NCBI GenBank assembly: GCA_907165135.1
Contig: OU015568.1
Coordinates: 8,432,001 to 8,496,000 of the forward strand
Direction: 5' to 3'
DNA: 64,000 nucleotides
Origin: Oikopleura dioica
Taxonomy: Eukaryota > Animalia > Chordata
Shown: positions 34,901 through 45,740 of the stretch, one piece after another
How the letters are laid out: each line of letters opens with the position of its first letter
How positions within the stretch are numbered: the stretch's first letter is position 1
Translations under genes and position numbers: made by a program
The notes under the pieces: model-generated
The model's database searches: none
What the model was told of the DNA's origin: nothing
Seen by the model: only the letters and a program-made list of their open reading frames with translations

Positions 34901-37900
34901 TTGGTACAAGCAGTATCAATCAGATCGCACTCGTTGATATCAATTGGATGTCCATCGGGTCCGGTCGACATTCCGCAGCCTTCTGGGCACATTTGGTTGA
35001 AAGCTTCAGATCCCTCGGCAGGACACTTTCCGCAACCTCCTCGGTAGCTCCAACTGTTATCGCCGTTACACATGCAGCAGCACTGGCTCTGGGTGAGAAG
35101 CTGTCCGAGAGCATCGTTGTTGCAAGATCGACTTCCAACAAAACATTTGCCTTGGCGCTCATCGAAGCAGTCAGTTCCATCTGAGGTTTGTGTATAACCA
35201 TGGGGGCAGTGGCATTGGAATCCTCCTTCAAGGTCTTCGCAGTGACCGTGCGAGCAGAGTCCAGGAACAGTCTGGCATTCATTGATATTGACACAGCTCT
35301 CGCCATTGAAAGTGTAACCTGGGTCGCATTGGCAGGTGTAGTTCCCGTTTAGATTAATGCACTCGCCGCTTACACATGGATTGCCATATTCCTCGCACTC
35401 ATCAACATCGACGCAAGTTCTGGAATCATCACTGACTTGGAAGCCATCATCACAGTCGCACATGAAACCGCCAACAATATCGACACAGTCACCATTTTGA
35501 CAGATATTGTCATGACCGGCAAATCGCTCGCACTCATTGATATTGACACAGACTTGGTCTTCGCGATCAAACTCATAACCTGGATTGCAGACACATCTAT
35601 GGCTTCCTTCAAGATCGATGCAGTGTTTGACAGCACCGGGAGATCCACAAATATTAGGGTAGTCGTTGCATTCATCAATGTTCACGCAGCTCTTGCTGTC
35701 ATTCTCTGGCTCATAACCGTTGTCACATTCGCAGTGGAAGCCGCCAACAGTATCAGTACATTTTCCGTTAGCACATGTTCCTTCAATCATCGAGCACTCA
35801 TCGATATTGACGCAGACACCATTTCGCTCAGTAAAACCGTCATCGCAGATGCAATCGTAGCTTCCTTTTTTGTTGACGCAATGGGAGAACTGTGGACATT
35901 TGGTGTTAGGATCAGCACACTCATCGTTATCAATACATTCGTATGAGCCTGGTTTGAGAGTCATTCCAGGTCTGCACTCGCATTTGATGTCATGTCCGGG
36001 ATCTTCAATACAGTAACCATCTCGGCAGAGGTCTGGAATCTGGTCACAGGCAGATTTCGCATCCTTACAGAAAGCAATTCGATCATCTCCTTGAGGACAC
36101 TCTTCACAGCTATCTCCCCAAGCTTTTCCAAGGTCATTAGCGCAGCAGCAAGCCTTTTTGGTTGCCTTGAAGCTGAACGCATTATCGCATGATAGATTCA
36201 TAAAAGGGTTGTAAGATTTGAAGCACTCGCCCATTCGAATATCTTCGCAGGCTCGGCCGTCTTCTGATGGGATGTATCCGTCTTCACAAACACACTGGTG
36301 GTGGCCTAGCTGATTGATGCACTGACCAGGTCCACATGGGTTTTCCTCGCTTTCGCACTCATTGATATCGACACAGTTTCGACCAGTGTTGTCGAGCTCG
36401 TAACCATCTGGGCAGTTGCAATCGTAGCTGCCGTCCAAATTTCTGCAGTTTCCTCCTTTGCAAGCGCCAGCCATTGCTGAGCACTCGTTAATATCCTTGG
36501 GAATGAGTCGAATGCTGTCGGGTTCAAAACCAGGGCCAAAGGGGCAAAGCTGAAGGTGCTCAGCAGATCCAATAGCTGGACAAACTTCGCAGGTACTTTC
36601 GATTGTGTCTTCAACTTCAGCCCATCCGAAACCAGCACCAGAGCAGCAGCACTCGGCTCGTCTTGTGTTTGGTCCAATAAGATCAGAGCATGTTCCGTAT
36701 TCAACTTCAGCGTAGCAATTTCCTTGTCTCAGGTCGACGCATCCGCTGCCTCCTGGAATGTAAGTGTAGTTTGGTGGGCACTCGCAAGTAAATGAGCCGA
36801 TAGTATTTCTGCATTTTCCACCGAGGCAGATGCTAGTATCTTCAGTTTCTGATCGACATTCGTTTATGTCAACACACTGGTCACCTTCGTCGTTCAATTC
36901 ATAACCTTCGTGGCATTCGCAAGCGTAAGTTCCGTCCATGTTAACACAGTTTCCGTTCCTGCAAACTGGTTTATCTCCTTTGCACTCATTGATGTCCTCA
37001 CATCGCTTGCCATTGTAGCTTGGAGTATATCCGAATTCGCACTCACAGTTGTAGTCACCAGGAGAGTTGACACAAACTCCATGAGGTCCACAAATGTTTG
37101 GATCTTGGTCGCAGTCCATAACATCAGCACATTCAGTGCCGTTGCCAACGTATCCAGGGTGGCACTCACAGTTGTAGCCGCCAGGGATATTGATGCAATC
37201 AGCGTTTGGATGACAACCATGAGTATCCGCTTCACATTCGTCGACGTCAGAGCAGTCGACTCCGTCTCCGTCGAATCCAGTCTGACAGTGGCATTGGTAC
37301 GTACCAACATTATTATTGCACTCTGCATTAGGAGAACAAATATGAGTTCCGAGCTCACACTCGTTCTCATCATCACATCGGCTTAGATCAGGAGAGATAC
37401 AGAAACCATCCCAGCAGTCGCATGTGTAACTGCCTTCCGTATTTGTGCACTTTCCGTGAACGCAAATATCTGGATTGATATCACACTCATTTACATCGAT
37501 GCAAAGCTGTCTGTTTGATACAAGCTCGTAGCCGGGGATACAGTGGCATGTGTAAGATCCTTCCAAGTTTTCGCATTTTCCGCCGCCGCAGATAGCTGGC
37601 TCTTCAGAGCACTCGTCGACATCAATGCAATCGAAACCGTTAGGAGAGAGCTCAAAGCCATCTCGGCAAGAGCAGATGAATGACCCTTCTGTATCGGTAC
37701 AGCGCTGCTCACATCCACCGTTGTCGTCCAAACACTCGTTAGTATTGACACACCCTTTGTTATCAGGAGTAGGTTTGTATCCGCTGTGACACTGGCACTT
37801 CCAATCGCCGATAAGATTGATACAACGTCCATTGATGCAAGGCTCAATTTGCAAGTCGCACTCGTTATCATCCACACAAGTCACACCATCATCAGCAAGG

Positions 37901-40900
37901 TGCGTATTTGGAGGGCAAGAACATTCAAAACTTCCCTCGGTATCGGTACAATTGCCACCTCCCAAGCAAACATTGTTCAAACACTCATTATCGTTGACAC
38001 AGACGCCATCGTTTCCTAAAACGTAGCCGGGTTTGCACTTGCACTTGAAGCTTCCTGGAGTGTTGACACACTCTCCTTCACCACAAGCATCATCTCCAAG
38101 AAGAGCACATTCGTCAATATCGACACAAGGGAAGCCCTTATCAGTTGTTCCAAATCCTGGAGCGCATTGACAGAGATCCGAGGGATCTTCAGGGTTGAAT
38201 TTACATTCGCCGAACTCGCCACAAATTTCAGGAAATTCCAAGCAGTTGTTGATCTGTTTGCAGTTTTCTCGGTCATTCGGGTTTGGATTGTAGCAATTTC
38301 CATCAGCACAGGGACAGAGTTCATCATACTCTGGAGTTCCTTCTCGTGGGCAGGCTCGGCATTCATTTCCCTCGCCCCAAGCCTCACCAGCAATAGAGCA
38401 GCAGCAAGTCTGTCGAGAATGGAGACCTTCCCATGCATCGTGGCAGAATGGATGAGTTGCATTGAAGTTGGGGAAACAGACGGACTTTCGTGTGTCAATA
38501 CATCGTCTTCCAGAATCATCGAGGGTCAAGCCGTTTGGACATTCGCAGTAGAAAGATCCATCAGTGTTAACGCATTTAGCGCCGTTGCCTGAGCAGTACT
38601 GTGGGAAAAGCTGGCATTCGTCAACTTCGACGCATCGGTCGGCGACTCTGTCAAAGACGTAACCCTTTCTGCAAGTAAGAGGAATCTCACTACAGTCGAC
38701 GCATTCGTCACCCCATGCTTTACCCTGAGTAGCACAGCAGAGCTCAGCAGTGTATCGGCCAGGAATATTGTCAACGCAAGTGTCATCTTCGTGCTGAAGC
38801 CAGCAAGCTTCTTCTCTCTTGTCGAGACAAATGAGACCAGTTGAATCAAGAACAAGTCCAGGAGCACAAACACATTCGAATCCTCCAGGAGCATTTATGC
38901 ACTGGCCGCCAGAGCAAGGTCGCTCGAGACATTCATCGTCGTCATCGCAGCTTCCGGTTTTATCGTTGAAGTGATGTCCACTTGGGCAGACGCATTCGAA
39001 GCTGCCGTCAAGCTCTGTGCAAAGACCGTTAAGGCATTTTGTATCGCATTCTGGGGTGTCAATACAAAGAGTTCCAGATGGGTGCAGCTCGTATCCCTCA
39101 TCACATTGACACTCGTAGCCTCCATCGACATCGTAGCATTGACCGTTGTTGCCACATGGATTGAGTTCCAAATCGCAATAACTGTCTGGCTTCTCAGATC
39201 CCTTGCAAAGCTCATTGAAATTTGATGTTCCTACTGCAGGACAAACATCACATTTGTTGTTGAGTCTGAATGAGGAAGTTCGGTCGAGTTCAGCGGCGTG
39301 GCAACAGCAGTCTTGTCTTGACATCTGGTTAGGAAGCATGCTGTCAGCAGCACATTTACGTCCATTCTTGTTCGATGATCTGAAACACTGGCCATTTGGC
39401 TGGTCGACACATCTTCGACCAGTAGCATCAAGCATCTGGTACTTCCCGCATTCGCATTTGAAGTCGCCGTCGGTGTCAGTGCAGGTACCACCCTGGCAAG
39501 GATGGAACTCGCATTCGTCGATATTCTCGCAAATTCCTTGCTCAGGATTGTATTTGTATCCCTTGTTACAAGCGCATCTGTATGAGCCGGGGGTATTTTT
39601 GCACTCGCCATTGATGCAAGCATGGTCATTAGCGCACTCATCGATGTCATGGCAAGATTTGCGGTCTGGTCCTCGCTCGTAGCCAACTTCACAAACGCAC
39701 TGGTAGTCTCCAATTACATTTGAGCAAACTCCGTTTGCACATTTGTTTCCGCCGATATTGCACTCATCGATATCAATACATTTTTGGTTTCGCTGAAGAG
39801 GGTCAGGCTGAAAGCCTTCATCGCACGCACAAGCCCATGTACCATCTCTATCAATGCATTTTCCATTGGCGCACTGAGCAAGACCTTCAGCGCACTCGTC
39901 GATGTTCTCGCACTCCTGGCCATTTCCGCTTGGAACGTATCCAGCATCACATTCACAGTACCATCCTCCATCGGTATTGACACATCGTCCGTTATCACAC
40001 TGTCCTTCTCCAGTTTCGCATTCGTTTATATCGCGGCACTGGAGATCAACAGTTTCAGGTTCGTAGCCATTATCGCAAAGACACATTGGGATGCCCTTTT
40101 CATCAGTGATGCAAACGCCCTTCTCACAAAGTCCCTTTGACTCGCAGATATCAGTGATTGGGTCAGGTCCGGAGCCATCGGGTCCAAGATTCTTGGGATC
40201 AATAGTCTCAGCATTATCGCAAAGCATACTGTAAGCTTCAGTTCCAACAGTTGGACAGTTGTCGATTCCAGAAGATTCTTGGCCTTGAAAGCATTGACCA
40301 GGGCTGGAAGCGAAGTTGCCAAGGCAGCAGCATTGAGTTTTTGTGAGCATTTTGCTCAGAGGATCAGTGCAGACGCTGTTTGAAACATGTTCAAAACAGG
40401 TACCTGGTCTGTTGTCAATGCAAGTTTGTTTGCCATCTTGGTCCACAGTCTTGATGTATCCCTCAGCACAGTCACAAGAGTAGCCTCCAGGAAGATTGGT
40501 GCATTCATTATCAGATCCACATGGGCTGTCAGCGCACTCGTCAAGATCGAGACATTCGTTTTTGTCTTCATCAAAGTAAAAACCTTCGGGAGCGATGCAA
40601 ACGAAGCTTCCGATCGTATCTCTGCATTTACAACCCTTGCAAATTCCGTTGATATCAATACACTCGTTAATGTTATTGCAGTTTGAGTCATAGCCGCGGC
40701 CGCAGTTACCAGGTCGAGCTGGGCACTCTTCGCATGGATCTCCCCACGCTTGTCCGACTGTGGCACAGCATTGTTCTTTCGTTGAGTATTCGGATAAAAC
40801 TTGACTAGAGCATTCGTTTTTCGCCTTGTCAATCTTTCCGAAACAAGGTCCTCTTCGATAGTCAACTTCGCAGTTATCTCCATAAAATCCATAGACACAG

Positions 40901-41850
40901 GCACACTTATCAACTCCAATACATCGACCACCATTTCTGCAGCCACTTACTCCATTAGTACTTGCCCCGCAAATAGGTTGACCACAGTGAGCACCGGTGA
41001 AACCTTCTGGGCATTCGCACTCGCCGTTGATACATCGCCCGCCATTCTGACAAGGACTCGAGCAGCGGGCTTCCGTCTCGAAGAATTCGTCCTCGTTACA
41101 GCGCTTTCGGAGCTTGCCATCGGCACAGCGGCACATGCCAGGACTGTGGCAAATTCCATCGCCACACGCGTTCGGAGCGCAAATCGGAATATTACACTCG
41201 CTGGATCCTTTATGTTGTCTCCAACCTGCGCAGCAATATCTTCTGTCTCCATTGCCGCAAACATGAGGGCCCGTTAGACTAGATAATGTTAGTTTATGGG
41301 GATTTAAGGACTTAGGGATTTGGGACTGCGCCTTTTTGTAGGCTCAAAGAGCCGTTCAGGCGTGGAGCCAACGCATCAAACAGAACACAACAATGTGCTT
41401 TTTTTCTTTGTCAACTCGACCCAAAGAGTGTCTCATCAAAGTTGAAAAAGTAAACATTTAGTCCAAGGTCATTGACAATAGTGGGATTAAATAAGAACGT
41501 TTTAGTGAAATAAGGTACTCACGGCTCTGTGGTTCCCCAGCGTCGACGGCGGGTCCCGTCTAAGCGACGATTTCTTCTTGTTTTGTATGCATTACGACCT
41601 TGACGACGGCCTGGTTCTCTGAGTTCTCTAAAAATGGGTAATAGTTAAATCGAGGTCAATGAACTTTTATGACATTTTTGGTTTATGAAATAAATGATCA
41701 TTTTATGATATATAATTCATTATTTAATTATTTTTATAAACAAATCAATTTTATAATCTTTTAAACATTTACATAAAAAAATATTGATAAGGTTGACTCC
41801 TACCTTTGTGCTAGTGCAAGAGTGCCTATCAGTAGTAAACGCCAGCGCAT
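31994..41850 (-). CDS. FBN: Fibrillin, complete (signal peptide, N-terminal furin site, EGF x3, 2 hybrid domains, 7 TB domains, ~44 cbEGF-type repeats, C-terminal furin site and unique domain)
   Basis: ATG at 41850 ([14 protein letters not shown]), exon 2 ending [10 protein letters not shown], a 6464-nt exon 41278-34815, then 14 short GT-AG introns to TAA at 31994. [15 protein letters not shown]-terminal domain, D[IV][DN]EC cbEGF consensus, CCC-containing TB domains in vertebrate fibrillin order (including 12 cbEGF between TB3 and TB4, 7 after TB7). Confidence 0.96.
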
Positions 41851-43606
41851 CCTTCTATTCTGTTGCTGTTTACGCTCTCAATTAGTAGTTGATGAAGTAC
41901 GTTGTTAAAAATTGTAAGAATCTAGGTCCGCATCGGGACGAGATGTTTCGTCTCTGAAGTAATCGGGCTATGAGAAGCCACTTTCTTTGTTTATTTGGGC
42001 ACGAGGAGGGGTGGAGGTCCTTTTTCTTCGTCTAACCGGCCAAGGTTACCTAGCTCGGCTGCCGGCACGAGAGGGCGCACGATGAGCCCATTTTTTTGTC
42101 GACAATCTATGTCCGGAAACGCTCGAGAAATTGACAAAGTACTCAAATGAACATAATGATCCGGCGCTGGAAATCTTCCAGCGTCAGGCACATGCTCGGT
42201 AATAAGTCGATGATTGATGTGCGGCGCTGGCTTTCAAATTTTTCATACTTTGAGATTTGACACAATCTCAGCGAGATATCAATTAACGCTCGTGGCTTCT
42301 GACGATTGTGCCAATGAGCAAATTTTAACATGATTTAACAACTTATTAAAATGCCAAATTCCCATAAGGGTAAGGTAAGGGCCTTGATTAGGTTTTGGTT
42401 GGGTTAAGTTGCGGGGTGAATGTTGCAAAGATTTTGTAAAAACGATAATTTACGATTTTCATTTCAACTTGGGTCACAAAAAAAGATGCAATTTCAAAGT
42501 CACGAGCACACGTCAAACTCGAAACAGCCCTGCTTTGATGATCATTTGCACTCGCTATCCATGCTCAAACCGCAGGGATGACTGTTTACTCCGCCTTTTG
42601 CCCCTTATTTGTCTCCAATATTTGAAAACAAATGTTTCGCTTATGTGGCGAAATGCACAAAAAAAGGAGGGGAAGAGATTTTGGAAATTCACTTTTGAAA
42701 TCTCGCTCGTAAAGGTCATCACAGCTGTCTGGGAGGCTCTTTGTGAAATGAACTCTTCAATCATCGTAAATGCTCGACGAATGCTTATTCGAAAAAACAC
42801 CGACGGGGATAATACCCTCATAATATCCAGTAATCGGTCTCGAACAATCCTCAATAATTTCGAATTTCCTAAGAGACGACCAAAGGTAAAAAAAATTCTA
42901 ATGACCGGGTCTACCAGTCGATGGAATGCACAAACACTTGTTTGCCTCAAATACAGAAATGACGGAGTGCGCGAATTATAGCACGATCTTGGTGCCAGAT
43001 TGCATCGTTAATTTTCGTATATCTTCGCAAGTTCTCATCGCCAGTTGCTTTTGTTTGACCAGACAATGCGCATAAACAAAAATACAAACAACCATCAAAG
43101 TGGAAGCTTCCGCTGAGGTTAGCGCTAAATGAAAGTCTCTTGTGTGGAAAGAGCTCATGTGGAGAAGACAACTTCTTACAGACAGATGATCATGATGAAA
43201 TTAGGGACACAAAAACAACTTGAAAGAAAGTACTCATCAGATAACCGCAAAGGTCGGATTTGATCATCAAAGTGTCTAGAATACAAGAAGTTTCTTTTGT
43301 AGATCAACTTTTATGTTCATTTCTGTATCGTCACTGTAATAAAATCTTCGGATTTATGAGTCACAACGACGGGAGTTGACTTTGGAATACTCTCTGTAAT
43401 AATTAGTGTAACCAAATTCACGAAAATGCCTTTGTGGTTTAAAAGTAAACATGATCTGGCTCAGTCTCAGAATTTGTTCACCCTCAGGGTCGACCACCTA
43501 CTCCCTGAATGCGCACAGAAAGAATTCATCCCTTATTAGCAATCACAAGACAAAGCCAAACTCTGATTTTGAACGGCGAGTGACCTCAAAGAGCTCCTTA
43601 GGAATC

Positions 43607-45555
43607 ATGTCGCGGCCGTTCGAAGCAAATCTGCAAGAGAAAGAGGCGTCAGAGACGATCATTCTTGACATAGTGCGCAGAAAGGGTAAGAACTTGTTTT
43701 GGAGGCAATTAGTTTAACAAAAATGTAAGGCGAATCCTGGGGTATTGAATTATGCGGCGAGGGGCCAACAGAAGTTCGAAAAATCAGACCAGGTGGGCCA
43801 GCAGATCAAGCTGGCTTACAACCCGGAGATACGATTCTTCAGGGACGGTTTTCATGATTCATATTGATCAAAATGATCAATTCTTCCTTATGACATTTGA
43901 AAACCGCAAACAGTGCAATGGAATCAATGTCACCAGATTCGGTCATCAGCAAGTTGCTTCAATCATCGCCGAAACCGACCGTCTTCTACGAATGAAAGTT
44001 CTCCCCGATGAAGAATCCTCTTCAGAAGAAGACGAAGACGAGGAAGATGCTGACCCAACAGAGAAATTAAAGAATAGAAATTTCAAAGCCGAAGAATGGT
44101 GGTGCGATCCTGAAGTTGATAAGAAGCTGCAAGAGGAGAAAGAGAAAAACAAAATTGATCCTTACGATTTCGAAAGCTTCAGTAACAATTTTGACAAAAT
44201 TGAGAAGCAACACAGAAAAGCTGGAAAAGCTATGGTCAAAAATGGTCGAGCTTCAAGGTCAAAGAAAGTGGTAAGAGCTGAATTTTGGAATTTCTAATTA
44301 ATAAAAAATTGAAGGATCTTGACTCTGACGATGATTCGGACGACGAGTACGCGAAATTCATGAGGATGAAGCAAAAAATGATTAACAAAGGACTTGTTTC
44401 GGATGAATCGGAGGACGAGGACGAAAACTCAGAGTTTGCGGAGTTTATGCGATGGAAAAAGCAAAAGAGAAAGGCACAGAGACGAGGAATCGACGATTGG
44501 GGAGACGACAACTGGGGAGATTCTGCGCCAAGGCCGGTCAATGCTCGCTCGAGCTCCGGCTACTCGTCTTATTCGTCTGGTTCGTCTCGAGCTGTTCAGG
44601 GACATGATGTTGCTTTCCGCGGACAAAAGATCGAACAAGGATCGTTTATGGTTACGAACAAAGATCTCGACCGATTCGACAAGAATTACGTTCTTGGCGC
44701 CGAGAACACCTTCGCTGGTGACAAAGCTGCGGTAGCTGGCGCTTTCACCGGCGACCACAACGTCGTTTTTAATGATAACGAAGGACAAGCAGCTGGCGAT
44801 ATCAAGGGTGTAAGGAATCGTGTCGCTGCGGGTATTATGCATTTCAAGTAAGGCTTTCAATTTTTAAAATCTTCTCTAACTTGAGCTTTTCCAGCTACGA
44901 AGATGAACAAAAGGAAGTTATGGAAGAGGATAAAAATAAAGTGGTCATTTACTCGACATCTTTGGGCGTCAACAGAGAGCTTATTGCCAATTGTCAAAGA
45001 GCAGTTGCAATTATTCGTAGTCATCGGGTAGCTTGACAAATATTATTAGCAAGGTTCAAATTTTCTTAGGTTCGTTATGAAGAGCGTGATATTTTCAACT
45101 TCGAGCACCACAAAGAAGGTCTTTGGGAGCGCCTTGGGCTTGATCGTGGAGACAAGTTTCCACCGATGCCGAGAATTTACATCGATGGCATCTACATTGG
45201 AGGTTATAAATAACGGTTTGGTATTGAAATCAACAAGGAGTTAAGGCATCAACGAGCTGGAAGCGCTTTCTGATTGCGGCGACTTGAGGATTCGTCTTCA
45301 ACATTTCTCGAAGTTTCAGGAGCGAGAACATTGCCAAACATGTCGAGCATCTGGCAAGCTTCTTTGTACAAAGTGCAACGGCAAGAAAGTAGGGTTGCTT
45401 TATTTACTGCTGTTGATGACCTTTGATTACTTTAGAAAATTACTTCAAACGAGCTCGCCGAGCTCCAGTGCTCCCTATGCGACAAGAATGGATTCGTCGA
45501 CTGTCAAGACTGCGTTGTTATGCGTGAAATCATTGATCCAGCAATTATGCAATAA
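43607..45555 (+). CDS. GRXCR1: PDZ domain + acidic linker + glutaredoxin-like domain + Cys-rich Zn-finger (GRXCR1/2-like protein with N-terminal PDZ)
   Basis: PDZ: WGIELCGEGPTEVRKIRPGGPADQAGLQPGDTILQ|CNGINVTRFGHQQVASII. GRXCR: GDIKGVRNRVAAG, KVVIYSTSLGV, MPRIYIDGIYIGG, CQTCRASGKLLCTKCNG..CSLCDKNGFVDCQDC. Downstream introns 44271-44314, 44848-44894, 45028-45069, 45203-45245, 45389-45435 are all 42-47 nt GT-AG and in frame; a 71-nt GG-AG intron at 43843-43913 splits the PDZ. Start codon uncertain. Confidence 0.8.
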
Positions 45556-45740
45556 TAATATACAATTATGTATCTTTATACAGTGGTATTTATTATACAG
45601 TTGTTATGACAGTTTGTATAGAGAAGTAAACAGCAAAATGAGATATCCGTTCAAATCAGAAGCTTTTTGAGTAAGTCACAAAGGTGATAATTATGGCAAG
45701 GAACTGTAGAATCGCTAATTTTTTCCAATACAATTAATTT

